In this document: positions 34,618-45,319 of the stretch, in pieces
Numbering within the stretch: position 1 is the stretch's first letter
How the letters are laid out: each line of letters begins with the position of its first letter
Origin: a virus
DNA length: 64,000 nucleotides
IMG/VR virus record: IMGVR_UViG_3300046787_000390
Location: 1-64,000 of that record
Direction: 5' to 3' (one strand)
Translations under genes and position numbers: made by a program
The notes under the pieces: generated by a model
What the model saw: the letters and a program-made list of their open reading frames with translations, nothing else
Databases searched by the model: none
Told to the model about the DNA's origin: nothing

Positions 34618-37600
34618 ATGGCTGTAACACGTATTAACAACAACCAGATTTCGGATGCAAGTGCAGGTAATGCCTATGTGGGTATTAACGCTGCAACTAA
34701 ACTTCAGCCGTATAGTATCACTGCTACAAAGTTAGCTAATAATTTAACTTATGGATCGGATTTTACAGTCACTGGTAACCTAACAGTCCAAGGCAATACA
34801 ACAGCAATTGATACGACTTACACAACAGTCGAAGATCCAATTCTATTATTGGCATCAAATCAAACAGGTGCTCCGTCAGTTGATATTGGTTTTGTTGGGC
34901 AACGAGGAACGTCGGATAACATTGCATTTGTTTGGGACGAAAGTGCAGACGAATTCGTTACTGTGTTTACTACAACTGGTGAATCGAACACTGTTGTTTC
35001 TATTTCCAACTACGCCAATCTCCACACAGGCAATTTAACAGTTACAGGGTCAATAACACATTCAGGTAACGTTATTGGTAATTTAAACGTATCGGGCAAC
35101 ATTGCAGGCGGAAATTTATTAACACCTGGTTTAGTTAGTGCAGCTGGCAACATAAACGGCGCAGGCGCAGCATTTACAGGTAATGTTACAGCTCTGAACT
35201 TCATTGGTAATATTATTGGTAATATTACTGGTAATGTTGACGCTGGCGGCGCAAACACTCAAGTGCAATTTAACGATAATGATATTTTAAATGGCACAGC
35301 TGGATTTACATTTAACAAAACGTCTAACGCCGCTACTATTACAGGTAACGTAACAGGTGGTAACTTATTAACAGCTGGTCTAATTTCTGCGTCTGGTAAT
35401 GTGTATACACCAAGAGTGCTCAATGGCAGCACTGGAATGTATATGGATGCAGGCTTTCCGGGCTATATCCAATTCTTTAATAGTTACGGTATTACAGTTA
35501 CAATCGGCGACGATGGCAACGTAAATTCGATTGCTAATATTACCGGTGCTAATATTCTAACAGGTGGTGTTGTAACTGCAACTGGAAACATTACATCAAG
35601 TGCTAACGTATCAGGTGCTAATGTAATTGCTACAGCTAACTTGGTATCAGTGGGTGCTGTAGTATCGGGTAACATTACAGGTGGTAACTTATTAACTGCT
35701 GGCCAACTATCTGCAACTGGCAACGTAACTGGCGGAAACTTATTAACTGCTGGATTAGTATCAGCAACTGGCAATATTACATCAAGTGCAAACGTTGCAG
35801 GTGCAAACTTAGTTGCAAGTGCTAACTTAGTATCAGTAGGTGCTGCGGTATCGGGTAACGTAACAGGTGGCAATTTATTAACTGCTGGGCAAGTAGTTGC
35901 AACCGGAAACGTATCCGGTGGTAATGTCAACGCTACTGCTAACTTAGTATCTGTTGGAGCGGTAGTAAGTGGTAACGTCACTGGTGGTAACTTATTAACA
36001 GCAGGTAGAGTCATTGCCACAGGTAACATTCAGTCCAGTGCTAACGTCACTGGTGCTAACTTAGTTGCAAGTGCGAACTTGGTATCAGTTGGTGCAGTCG
36101 TAAGTGGCAACATTACAGGTGGTAACTTATTAACAGCTGGATTAATAGCCGCAACTGGTAACATTACATCGGCAGCAAATATTGCAGGCGGTAACTTAAC
36201 AATTACTTCTGCTATTAACACAGGAACATTAAACACAACAGGCAACGCAGTTATTGCTGGTAACTTGTTTGTGTTAGGTAACATTACATACAATAACGTT
36301 AATGACTTGCGAATTGAAGATCCGGTTATTATCTTAGGAACTGGACCAAACGGTGCTCCACTAACAAGCCCTGACAGTTATGACCGCGGCACGTTTATGG
36401 AGTATTACACTTCGGCTCGTGGTAATGCCTGGATGGGTTGGCAAAATAGTTCCGGTAATATGATTGCCGCGGCAAACGTATCGTTCTCGGGCAACGACAT
36501 TGTGTCAGTTAATGCCTACGGTACATTCCAAGCAGGCAATATCTATGCTCAAAGTGCTGTTACAACAGGTAACGTCACTGGTGGTAACTTATTAACTGCT
36601 GGCTTAGTATCTGCAACTGGAAACGTAACTGGAGGCAACTTATCAGCAGGCTCGGGCATTATCACAACTACTGGTAACATTAACGGTGGAAACTTAAATG
36701 CAACAACTGGTATTCGAGCAGCAACTGGTTATTTTACAGGTAACGTTGATGTTCTTGGTAACTTAAATGCGTCTATTGGTATTGTATATGCTAACTCTGG
36801 TATTTTCTACGGTAACTCAGTTACAGGTAATGCTGCAATTTATGCTGGTATTCCCGGCTACACAATTCTAGGCTCCAACGTTGTAGCTCAATTTGCTGGT
36901 AACGCTAACAGCTATAGTCAAATAAATTTTGAAAATACCAGCAACGGAACATCTGCATCAACAGACTACATTGCTACTGCTGACAATGGGACAGACAGCA
37001 CTTATTACCTTGACATGGGTATTAACTCGAGTAACTTTAACGATCAGATAAACTATCCAGGATTTGGGCCAAACGATTCATATGTTCACAACCATGGTGG
37101 TAACTTGATCCTTAATCCAGAAAGTGCTGGCAAAGTTATCAAGTTTATGGTAGGCGGCACAGCTAATACTAACGTCACTGCTAACGTAACTTCTACCGGT
37201 GTTAACGTAACCGGTACAGTTGTGACCACAGGTAACATCACCGGCGGTAACTTATTAACAGCTGGATTAGTATCTGCAACTGGCAACATTACATCAAGTG
37301 CAAACGTAGCCGGGGCTAACATTATTGCAAGTGCTAACATTGTTGCTGTAGGTGCTGCTGTTTCGGGTAACATCACTGGCGGTAACTTATTAACAGCTGG
37401 ATTAGTATCTGCAACAGGTAATGTAACAGGCGGTAACGTAATTGCTACTGCTAACTTAGTATCAGTTGGTGCTGTTGTATCAGGTAACGTCACAGGCGGT
37501 AACATATTAACAGCAGGTAGAGTCATTGCTACAGGTAACGTGCAGTCAAGTGCTAACGTTACTGGAGCCAATTTAGTAGCAAGCGCAAACGTTGTTTCTG

Positions 37601-39204
37601 TAGGTGCTGCTGTAAGTGGTAACATCACAGGTGGTAACTTATTAACAGCGGGATTGATATCTGCAACTGGTAATATTACTGGTGGTAATCTTATAACTCC
37701 AAACTTGGTATCTGCTGCTACAATAATAGCAACAGGCAATATCACTGGTGCAAACATCAGCACCAGTAGCTTAACACTTAATGGTAGCAACATCAATTCA
37801 AATGCTGCTAGAATTACAATTAATCAAATTGATGCCGATGTCGACTTTGCAGTTGATGGCGATACTGTTGCTAACGTATTCTATGTTGATGCAGGAACTG
37901 GTACTGTAAGCATCGGTAACTCAACACAAACCACTAATGCAATCCTGTCATTGAATGCTACTAACTCGTTCTTGATGCCAGTAGGTAACACTGCACAACG
38001 ACCAGGCACTGGTGTAATGGGCATGTTGCGATTTAACTCAACACTAGATGCAGTTGAAGTTTATGATGCTGATGGATGGGCAACAGTTGGTACACCAAGT
38101 TTTACAATTATTTCAGACGAGCAGTTTAACGGTGATAGTGTAACAGTTGCATTTACGTTATCGGCTGCAACAACAACAAATTCAACTATTGTGAGTATCA
38201 ACGGTATTGTTCAAATACCAACTATTGCTTACTCAGTTGGCGGTGTAGGCAGCGATACGTTAACATTTACAGAAGCTCCTGAGACTGGTGATATTATTGA
38301 TGTTAGAATACTAACTACTACCACTCAGGTTACTACAATTAGTAACTCTCCAGGCAATGCAGTAGTTGCAGTTAATCCAACTATTAACGAAGTGAACATT
38401 ACTGGCAACTTAGTTCCTGTTAGTAATGCTGTTCAAAGTTTAGGATCTCCAACTGCACAGTGGAAAGACGTTTATGTTGCTGGCAACACAATTTATCTTG
38501 GCGGCTTACAATTAGAAGCAAGCGGAAATACATTTGTAGTTTATACTTCAGACGGTGTGACACAAGCTAATATTGATGTTGGTAACGTCGATGTGAGTGC
38601 AATCAATAGTGGTACAAGCATTATTGGTATTTCTGCACCAAACGGCAATGCTTACATTACTGTTGGCGGCACATCTAACGTGATAGTAGCAAGCACAACA
38701 GGTGCAAATATTACAGGTATTCTTTCTGTATCGGGCAACATTGTGTCAACTGGGTCAAACGGAGTTGCTAACATCGGTAGTGCGACTACTTACTTTAACA
38801 CAGTTCATGCCAAAGCAACGTCGGCGCAATACGCTGACTTAGCAGAAGTTTATTCAGCAGATACTGGATACGAACCAGGAACTGTATTAAGTTTTGGTGG
38901 AACGCAAGAAGTTACAATTTCTACCATAACAGGCGATGCTAGAATTGCTGGTGTTGTGTCTACTAACCCAAGTTATGTAATGAATGCAACTCTGAATAGT
39001 GAGCATGTTGCAGTAGTTGCTCTAACAGGCCGTGTTCCGACCAAAGTATCTGGTGAAGTTTCTAAAGGTGATATGATGGTATCAGGTGGAAATGGACGAG
39101 CAGTAGCTTGTGCTACGCCATCAATGGGAACAGTCATTGGTAAAGCACTTGAAAATCATGCAGGTGGTGATGGTGTAATCGAAGTTGTAGTTGGTAGACT
39201 ATAA
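34618..39204 (+). CDS. Large tail-fibre-like protein with GN(I/V)TGGNLLTAG repeats
   Basis: 1528 aa; dozens of beta-helix-like repeats; C-terminal AQYADLAE...IEVVVGRL domain. Confidence 0.75.
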   Translation: MAVTRINNNQISDASAGNAYVGINAATKLQPYSITATKLANNLTYGSDFTVTGNLTVQGNTTAIDTTYTTVEDPILLLASNQTGAPSVDIGFVGQRGTSDNIAFVWDESADEFVTVFTTTGESNTVVSISNYANLHTGNLTVTGSITHSGNVIGNLNVSGNIAGGNLLTPGLVSAAGNINGAGAAFTGNVTALNFIGNIIGNITGNVDAGGANTQVQFNDNDILNGTAGFTFNKTSNAATITGNVTGGNLLTAGLISASGNVYTPRVLNGSTGMYMDAGFPGYIQFFNSYGITVTIGDDGNVNSIANITGANILTGGVVTATGNITSSANVSGANVIATANLVSVGAVVSGNITGGNLLTAGQLSATGNVTGGNLLTAGLVSATGNITSSANVAGANLVASANLVSVGAAVSGNVTGGNLLTAGQVVATGNVSGGNVNATANLVSVGAVVSGNVTGGNLLTAGRVIATGNIQSSANVTGANLVASANLVSVGAVVSGNITGGNLLTAGLIAATGNITSAANIAGGNLTITSAINTGTLNTTGNAVIAGNLFVLGNITYNNVNDLRIEDPVIILGTGPNGAPLTSPDSYDRGTFMEYYTSARGNAWMGWQNSSGNMIAAANVSFSGNDIVSVNAYGTFQAGNIYAQSAVTTGNVTGGNLLTAGLVSATGNVTGGNLSAGSGIITTTGNINGGNLNATTGIRAATGYFTGNVDVLGNLNASIGIVYANSGIFYGNSVTGNAAIYAGIPGYTILGSNVVAQFAGNANSYSQINFENTSNGTSASTDYIATADNGTDSTYYLDMGINSSNFNDQINYPGFGPNDSYVHNHGGNLILNPESAGKVIKFMVGGTANTNVTANVTSTGVNVTGTVVTTGNITGGNLLTAGLVSATGNITSSANVAGANIIASANIVAVGAAVSGNITGGNLLTAGLVSATGNVTGGNVIATANLVSVGAVVSGNVTGGNILTAGRVIATGNVQSSANVTGANLVASANVVSVGAAVSGNITGGNLLTAGLISATGNITGGNLITPNLVSAATIIATGNITGANISTSSLTLNGSNINSNAARITINQIDADVDFAVDGDTVANVFYVDAGTGTVSIGNSTQTTNAILSLNATNSFLMPVGNTAQRPGTGVMGMLRFNSTLDAVEVYDADGWATVGTPSFTIISDEQFNGDSVTVAFTLSAATTTNSTIVSINGIVQIPTIAYSVGGVGSDTLTFTEAPETGDIIDVRILTTTTQVTTISNSPGNAVVAVNPTINEVNITGNLVPVSNAVQSLGSPTAQWKDVYVAGNTIYLGGLQLEASGNTFVVYTSDGVTQANIDVGNVDVSAINSGTSIIGISAPNGNAYITVGGTSNVIVASTTGANITGILSVSGNIVSTGSNGVANIGSATTYFNTVHAKATSAQYADLAEVYSADTGYEPGTVLSFGGTQEVTISTITGDARIAGVVSTNPSYVMNATLNSEHVAVVALTGRVPTKVSGEVSKGDMMVSGGNGRAVACATPSMGTVIGKALENHAGGDGVIEVVVGRL
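35330..37760 (+). repeat. Degenerate tandem coding repeats (GGTAACTTATTAAC(A/T)GC core)
   Basis: Repeated 16-aa-period units (S/T)GN(I/V)TGGNLLTAG(L/Q/R)(V/I)(S/I)AT in two blocks. Confidence 0.85.
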
Positions 39205-39217
39205 TTAGCAACGCATG

Positions 39218-39245
39218 TAATAGGGCTTTCGGGCCCTATTATTTT
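39218..39245 (+). terminator. Rho-independent terminator
   Basis: TAATAGGGC-TTTCGG-GCCCTATTA then TTTT. Confidence 0.75.
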
Positions 39246-39273
39246 AACTAAATATTCAGTATTAGGAAAACAA

Positions 39274-41859
39274 ATGGCGTTAACCAGACCACGGGCATAT
39301 CAGATTTATGACATAGACTACAAGCAAGCAGTGCGTGTGGTTGCAATAACAAACGTTACACTTTCTGGCGGAGCACCAAATTCAGTTGACGGAGTCAGTC
39401 TAAGCCTTAATGATCGTGTGCTTGTCACCGGACAAAGTAGTGCAGTTCAAAATGGTATTTACTATGTAACTACTGTGGGCTCGGGAGCCAATGGCACGTG
39501 GGCACGAAGCACTGACACAAACACCACTGGGGAATTGTTATCTGGGACTATTGTTATGGTTACAGAAGGTTCTACCTATGCTGACACTCAATGGAAACTA
39601 ACAACCAATGATCCAATTACAATAGGATCAACTGCATTAACATTTGTTCAAAACTATTTGGCAAACTCGATTAGCTTTGGGCAGACTAGTTTTGCAATTG
39701 GATCATCGAATGCTAACGCTACTGTAAGTGTAGCTGGCGTTTCTAATGTTGCGGTATTCACTACACAAGGCGCAAACATTACTGGTAACGTAATCTCAAG
39801 TGGTAATATATCGGGCACATATCTATTGGGCAACGTTTATTATGCCACTGGATTTTCTGCTAGCAAGATTTATAATGGTACCTCGGAAATAAACATTGGT
39901 ACCTCGGGTGGCGCAGCAAACATCAGTATTGGTGGAACAAGTAATGTGGCTGTATTTTCGTCAACTGGTGTAGCAATTACTGGAGATTTGAGTGTTAGCG
40001 GTAATGCAACTCTAAGTGGTAATATTTTAGGTGATAGGCTACAAAACGGAACCACAAGTATTGATATTCAAACTGCTAGTGGCAATGCAAATATATCAGT
40101 TGCCGGCACAAGTAATGTTGTAGTGTTTAGCAGCTCTGGACAAAACGTTACTGGTTATCTAACTGCAAGTGGAAACGTTACATCAAGTGGAAACGTAGTA
40201 GGCACATACCTATTAGGTAACGTTTATTACGCCACTGGATTCTCAGCAAGTAAAATTTACAACGGGACGTCGGAAGTAAACATTGGTACCTCAGGCGGCG
40301 CAGCAAATATCAGCATTGGGGGAACGTCAAATGTAGTTGTAGTTTCGTCAACTGGTGCAAACATTACTGGCACTTTGGGAGTGTCGGGAAACACTACAGT
40401 TGGAAATATTACAGCTACGATTGGTACATTTACAACCTTTACCTCGGCGCAAGGTGGTAACGTAACAGGCACCTTGATTGCAACGTCTGCTAATGCACAA
40501 TTTATTAACCAAACAAACCCAGCAGGCTATCTAACCGCAGCGGGATATGCAACTGTCACAGGTAATATAACTGGCGGAAACTTATTAACTGCTGGACTAA
40601 TATCTGCAACTGGCAACATTACCTCAAGTGCAAACGTCGCAGGCGTAAACATTCTAGGTAATGGTCGCAATTTAACTGGCATTAACACATTCTCAAGTCT
40701 TGCTGTTACTGGTAGCGACACTATTACAGCCAACAGTATTGCCACAGGACTAACATTTACTGGTGATACTAGTATTGTTGTAACAGCAAATGCCGCAACA
40801 AACACTGTTAGTTTTGCATTTGGTGGTGCAGGCGACAGTATATTTTCTACTGGTGGCACAATGGGGCTTGTTGACGAAGCTCCGTTAACTGAAGAAGATC
40901 TTGGGTTGGTAACTGATGCAGTTACTGAAGAATATGACTTGGGTGGATTCTTCTTAGATGGACTAGTTGGCAACGATAACTTCTTAGTAAACTCAATCAA
41001 CGGTAACATACTAGCAGCTAATGCAGTAATCACTACAACTGGTAATATTACAGCCGGTAACTTAATCGCAACAGCAAACTTAGTATCAGTCGGTGCTGTT
41101 GTGTCAGGTAACGTAACAAGCGGCAATTTATTAACTTCTGGACAAGTGGTATCAACTGGCGCTGTTTATTCTAATTTCAATACCAATACTGCCAACACTG
41201 CATCGTTTAATGCCACAGGTGGCAATACCAAAGGCGGCACAGGATACTTGGATTTCTTAGTAGCACAAAACACCAGCGGTGGAGCAACTAATCCATTTAA
41301 ATGGTTCCGAACAAACATCACCGGTGGCCTGGAAATTATCAACAGTGCATACAATAATCTATTATTGAGTCTGACAGATGCCGGTGCATTAAGTGTCGCA
41401 GGCTCAATATCTGTAGCTGGTAAAAAAGCAGTTAACGGTCCTGCGTTTAGAGCCAGTATAGCTGTGGGCCAAACAATAACATCGGGTACACAGCAAAAAG
41501 TAACATTTGGCACAGAAACATTTGATACTGACGGCAACTTTGCTTCAAGCCGCTTTACACCCACAACAGAAGGATATTATCAACTCAACAGCACAGTTCG
41601 TATTGCTGGTGGGTCAAGCACTGGTGAGTATATGCTTGTTATTTGGAAAAACGGCAGCGAATATAGCCGAGGTAGCAACGGTTCGGGTACTGAGATTGGC
41701 GCCAGTTTCTATTCGTTACAGGTATCCGACATCGCCTACGCCAACGGCACTACAGACTATTTTGAGATTTACATACAGCAAACTAGTGGCGCCAGCAAAG
41801 ATACCACAGCCGGGCCACAGATCTCATACTTCAGCGGTGTGATGGTGCGCGGCGCATAA
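39274..41859 (+). CDS. Tail fibre/adhesin-like protein with C-terminal C1q/TNF-like domain
   Basis: N-terminal DYKQAVRV..DRVLV.GQ...QNGIY..WARSTD; C-terminal PAFRA...FDTDGNF..RFTPTTEGYYQ...FSG. Confidence 0.7.
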   Translation: MALTRPRAYQIYDIDYKQAVRVVAITNVTLSGGAPNSVDGVSLSLNDRVLVTGQSSAVQNGIYYVTTVGSGANGTWARSTDTNTTGELLSGTIVMVTEGSTYADTQWKLTTNDPITIGSTALTFVQNYLANSISFGQTSFAIGSSNANATVSVAGVSNVAVFTTQGANITGNVISSGNISGTYLLGNVYYATGFSASKIYNGTSEINIGTSGGAANISIGGTSNVAVFSSTGVAITGDLSVSGNATLSGNILGDRLQNGTTSIDIQTASGNANISVAGTSNVVVFSSSGQNVTGYLTASGNVTSSGNVVGTYLLGNVYYATGFSASKIYNGTSEVNIGTSGGAANISIGGTSNVVVVSSTGANITGTLGVSGNTTVGNITATIGTFTTFTSAQGGNVTGTLIATSANAQFINQTNPAGYLTAAGYATVTGNITGGNLLTAGLISATGNITSSANVAGVNILGNGRNLTGINTFSSLAVTGSDTITANSIATGLTFTGDTSIVVTANAATNTVSFAFGGAGDSIFSTGGTMGLVDEAPLTEEDLGLVTDAVTEEYDLGGFFLDGLVGNDNFLVNSINGNILAANAVITTTGNITAGNLIATANLVSVGAVVSGNVTSGNLLTSGQVVSTGAVYSNFNTNTANTASFNATGGNTKGGTGYLDFLVAQNTSGGATNPFKWFRTNITGGLEIINSAYNNLLLSLTDAGALSVAGSISVAGKKAVNGPAFRASIAVGQTITSGTQQKVTFGTETFDTDGNFASSRFTPTTEGYYQLNSTVRIAGGSSTGEYMLVIWKNGSEYSRGSNGSGTEIGASFYSLQVSDIAYANGTTDYFEIYIQQTSGASKDTTAGPQISYFSGVMVRGA

Positions 41860-41893
41860 AGTTAACTAGATAAATATCAACAAGGAATAAAAG

Positions 41894-42856
41894 ATGAGTA
41901 CACAAGTTCAATACCGCCGAGGCACAGCAACACAAAACAATTCGTTTACAGGTGCCCTGGCCGAAATTACCGTGGATACAACTAACTGGACATTACGTGT
42001 TCATGATGGTGTAAGTGCAGGCGGCGGTGGCAACATTGCTACTGTGGCGTATGTAACAGCTCAATTAGCTGCATTAAGCGCCAACGCTATTACTTTTGGC
42101 ACGTCAAATGTTCAAATTCCTAGCTCGGGTAGTAATGTTCGTGTTAACGTAGGCGGAACTTCAAACGTGGCAGTTTTTACTACCACTGGAGTAGAGATCA
42201 CAGGCGATCTAAGCGTCAGCGGCAATGCTACTCTAAGCGGTAACATTTTAGGCGATAGAGTACAAAACGGAACTACGAGTATTGATATTCAAACTCCAAG
42301 TGGTAATGCAAATATATCAATTGGCGGAACGTCAAACGTTGCAGTGTTTAGCACCGCTGGAATGACTATTAATGGTGGTATTACTAATGGTGGTGCAAAC
42401 GGTGTTGGTAATATCGGTAGCTCAACCACTTACTTTAACACTGTGTTTGCCAAAGCAACTTCAGCACAATATGCTGACTTGGCAGAAATGTATCAAGGCG
42501 ATGAATCTTACATGCCTGGTACAGTAGTTGAGTTTGGTGGAACACACGAAGTAACAATAACAACAACAGAGTCGAGCACTCGAATCGCAGGTGTTGTTTC
42601 TACTAACCCAAGTTATCTCATGAATAGTGGACTTGATAATTTAAATGCAGTACCAGTGGCACTAACAGGAAGAGTTCCGTGTCAGGTTCTCGGCCCTGTT
42701 AAAAAAGGCGACAGGCTGGTGAGTAGTGTGTTTCCTGGAGTTGCACAGGCTCTAGACAACAGCACATATCAACCAGGCTGCATGATTGGAAAATCATTAG
42801 AAGATTGGTCGGATGCATCTGTTAAGCTGATAGAAGTTGTAGTAGGAAGATTATGA
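41894..42856 (+). CDS. Fibre-like protein with Mtd-N-like N-terminus
   Basis: QVQYRRGT..N.SFTGALAEITVDT...RVHDG; C-terminal ADLAEMY domain shared with the large fibre. Confidence 0.7.
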   Translation: MSTQVQYRRGTATQNNSFTGALAEITVDTTNWTLRVHDGVSAGGGGNIATVAYVTAQLAALSANAITFGTSNVQIPSSGSNVRVNVGGTSNVAVFTTTGVEITGDLSVSGNATLSGNILGDRVQNGTTSIDIQTPSGNANISIGGTSNVAVFSTAGMTINGGITNGGANGVGNIGSSTTYFNTVFAKATSAQYADLAEMYQGDESYMPGTVVEFGGTHEVTITTTESSTRIAGVVSTNPSYLMNSGLDNLNAVPVALTGRVPCQVLGPVKKGDRLVSSVFPGVAQALDNSTYQPGCMIGKSLEDWSDASVKLIEVVVGRL

Positions 42857-43518
42857 TCTCTGAACGATATCGCAAAGACTACACTGGCGAATTTATTATC
42901 CTGAATACATCTTGGTCAGGTGGGAAAAAACGTACCCAACGTGAGTGGATGCCAAACCCTTTGCAAAATCATCACATCTCTGGTAGAGCAGCATGCATTG
43001 GCAGCACTGTTGATCGAGTTAAATTTGATTTCACAATGTTGCAAAATCACAAAGGTGGTCTGCTTGGTAGTAAAAAATTGCAAACTTATGGTGTAGGTGA
43101 AGTTGCAAAAACAATGCGTCTTGATTTTGCTATTGAAAAAGACGACGCTATCTTACACGAGTTGTTTGACTCTGGGTACTATAAAAATAATACCATTTAC
43201 ACTACCCCAAAAAATTGTATTAAACACCCTGGAGTGTTTTATATTGTGCCTTACAATCCGCCAATGGTTACTGAAGTTTTGTTAGCATATATTGCAGCAT
43301 TTGATGGGCACAAGGAAGTATTTTTGTTAGGCTACCACGAAGGTGCAAATATTGGGCAAAGCAATTGGGTAAATCAAATGAGCCAGGTGATAGAAAAATA
43401 TCCATCGACTCATTTTTATCATGTGTCACATGCTCCACAAACACCCAACGAATGGAAAAATTACAGCAATTTTTCTCAGTTAACTCATCGAGAGTTTATA
43501 CATCACGCTGATGTATAA
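42853..43518 (+). CDS. Hypothetical protein
   Basis: 221-aa ORF; AAFDGHKEVFLLG motif reminiscent of 31931..32518. Confidence 0.55.
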   Translation: MISERYRKDYTGEFIILNTSWSGGKKRTQREWMPNPLQNHHISGRAACIGSTVDRVKFDFTMLQNHKGGLLGSKKLQTYGVGEVAKTMRLDFAIEKDDAILHELFDSGYYKNNTIYTTPKNCIKHPGVFYIVPYNPPMVTEVLLAYIAAFDGHKEVFLLGYHEGANIGQSNWVNQMSQVIEKYPSTHFYHVSHAPQTPNEWKNYSNFSQLTHREFIHHADV

Positions 43519-43940
43519 ATCTTCTTTAACGAATTAACTTTTTCCTGAACCACATCAAAGTTTATTGTAGACCAAAGTCCTGGATGCAATGGCTTTGGCC
43601 AACTGCCTGCACTAATCCACGCCCATCCACTGTGCTCGTCATTTAATGTTGGAATAAACTCATTTGCAATTGTGCAAAAGAATGTGTGGTATACAAATTT
43701 ACCGTCTGCAGAAGTAAACTTTTCTAACGGAATTAGTTTTTCGTAAACAGGGACCAATCCCATTTCTTCGACACATTCTCTTTTGATTGCATCTATTAGT
43801 GTTTCGTTGCCGTCGACTTTGCCACCAGGTAACCCCCAAGTATTTGGGTGTCGCGGATCGTTCCTAAGTAGATACAAATATCTGTCAGTTGATGTAGAAT
43901 AAAACCAAACGCCCACTGCGTTTATAATACCAGACTCCAT
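43503..43940 (-). CDS. NUDIX hydrolase
   Basis: Nudix box GGKVDGNETLIDAIKRECVEEMG; start uncertain (43940 or 43979). Confidence 0.85.
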   Translation of the reverse strand: MESGIINAVGVWFYSTSTDRYLYLLRNDPRHPNTWGLPGGKVDGNETLIDAIKRECVEEMGLVPVYEKLIPLEKFTSADGKFVYHTFFCTIANEFIPTLNDEHSGWAWISAGSWPKPLHPGLWSTINFDVVQEKVNSLKKIYTSA

Positions 43941-45316
43941 GTGCCTCCGGGGTAAAGTCCCTGATAACTCTTGACCCAACTACTACCATTCCATTCGTAC
44001 TGCAATTCAGTAGTTAAGTTTGTTACATATTGTTTATTCAAATCGCTGTTCGTGCTGTTAAAAACAACAACCCATCTTGCACCGTCGTATTCGACAATAT
44101 CATTTGATTTTGCAATTAATATTTGCCCTAATGTGCCGGCCCAAGCGTCGGCGTAACTGTTGTCGCTGCCAGTGGACTCAGTTAACAAGTAACGCTGACC
44201 AGTAGATGCCGCTGGTATTCCAATACCAGGGCCATTGAGTAATGGGTTGATTACTGCATTAACTGGGCTTAGTGTGTTTGATGGTACAGTATCGGCGTCT
44301 ACAGAAAACAACAAGAATCTATCATCGGTTGGATCGTATGCAACAGTACCAATAACTTCAGACCCGTCTTCCTGTTCGAGTTTTACAGTACTGATACCTT
44401 CTCTAAGCACGCCTAAATCCCCAATCACAGCATGCCACAATAGATTACTGTCAGGAGAGTCTGCTGGAGCTAGACTGGAATTAGATTGATCAACAACTTG
44501 TTGATTTCTTAGAGCTTGCAGTTTGTTATTGATTAACAAGACTTGATAGTTGAACGGAGTAAACACCTGTCTAGTGCCCATTAACAAATCATTGTCAGTA
44601 ATTGCAACTGATGCATCGCCGTTAGCATCAAACACAGAAGCAACAATACGTTCGACCACTCCGAGTTTCTTGACTTTGGCAGGTGATGTAATCCAGATTG
44701 GAATTTTAAAAGTTAGTGTAGCAACATCAATAGGATCTTCGGTGCCCACTGGGATAGTCCTGCTACTCCACTTTGACGATTCTAATTCAACTACAGACAA
44801 CGAAGTCCAGTCAATAAAGTTATCAGTTGATTGAATTTCCAATGCTGGATTAAACAGTGGAATAATTTGTTCAAGCAGTTGAAACTTTTGGTTTGTGTTT
44901 GATGTCCAAATGTCTAAGTTAATTGTTAAACTGTAAGGAACAGGCATTAGACGCTCAATGGTAAACGCATTGCCTTGCGTAGTTTCATAAGTGTCTGTGG
45001 TAGTGTCGTAATAGCGTTGACGAACATTCATTTTACTCACATGGTACGGCTCTTGCATACGAGGACGATCGTAGTCCAGTGATGTAATGTAAAATGTCAT
45101 TAACGGAGTTGACGGCATTGCGTTAGGCGAGTTATTTTGAATAACTGTTTGAGCTTGTCTACTTGAATCACCGTAACGAACAGGCACACGCATTAGTGTA
45201 TGCTCTGTGCCTTCTTCATTGCGCCCATACTCGACATTGAAGTTAGAAAATATTCTAGCAAATTGTAGTAAGAATCGACGAATTTGTTCGTCGTAGAAAA
45301 ATAGTGGACCTGCCAT
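43922..45316 (-). CDS. gp15: Tail sheath stabiliser/terminator, gp15-like
   Basis: FFYDEQIRR, VPVRYG, PVPY.L...L.IW, EQIIPLFNP. Confidence 0.75.
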   Translation of the reverse strand: MAGPLFFYDEQIRRFLLQFARIFSNFNVEYGRNEEGTEHTLMRVPVRYGDSSRQAQTVIQNNSPNAMPSTPLMTFYITSLDYDRPRMQEPYHVSKMNVRQRYYDTTTDTYETTQGNAFTIERLMPVPYSLTINLDIWTSNTNQKFQLLEQIIPLFNPALEIQSTDNFIDWTSLSVVELESSKWSSRTIPVGTEDPIDVATLTFKIPIWITSPAKVKKLGVVERIVASVFDANGDASVAITDNDLLMGTRQVFTPFNYQVLLINNKLQALRNQQVVDQSNSSLAPADSPDSNLLWHAVIGDLGVLREGISTVKLEQEDGSEVIGTVAYDPTDDRFLLFSVDADTVPSNTLSPVNAVINPLLNGPGIGIPAASTGQRYLLTESTGSDNSYADAWAGTLGQILIAKSNDIVEYDGARWVVVFNSTNSDLNKQYVTNLTTELQYEWNGSSWVKSYQGLYPGGTWSLVL

Positions 45317-45319
45317 TGG

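Noticed and set aside
35330-37760. CRISPR-like array
   Set aside because: The repeats are degenerate in-frame coding repeats with synonymous variation and no unique spacers; no cas genes.
35010-41564. Long antisense ORFs (e.g. 35484-36029, 37086-37796, 40527-41126)
   Set aside because: Shadow frames produced by the repetitive codon usage of the fibre genes.
41894-42856. Diversity-generating retroelement suggested by the Mtd-N-like domain
   Set aside because: No reverse transcriptase and no adenine-specific TR/VR pair seen in the window.
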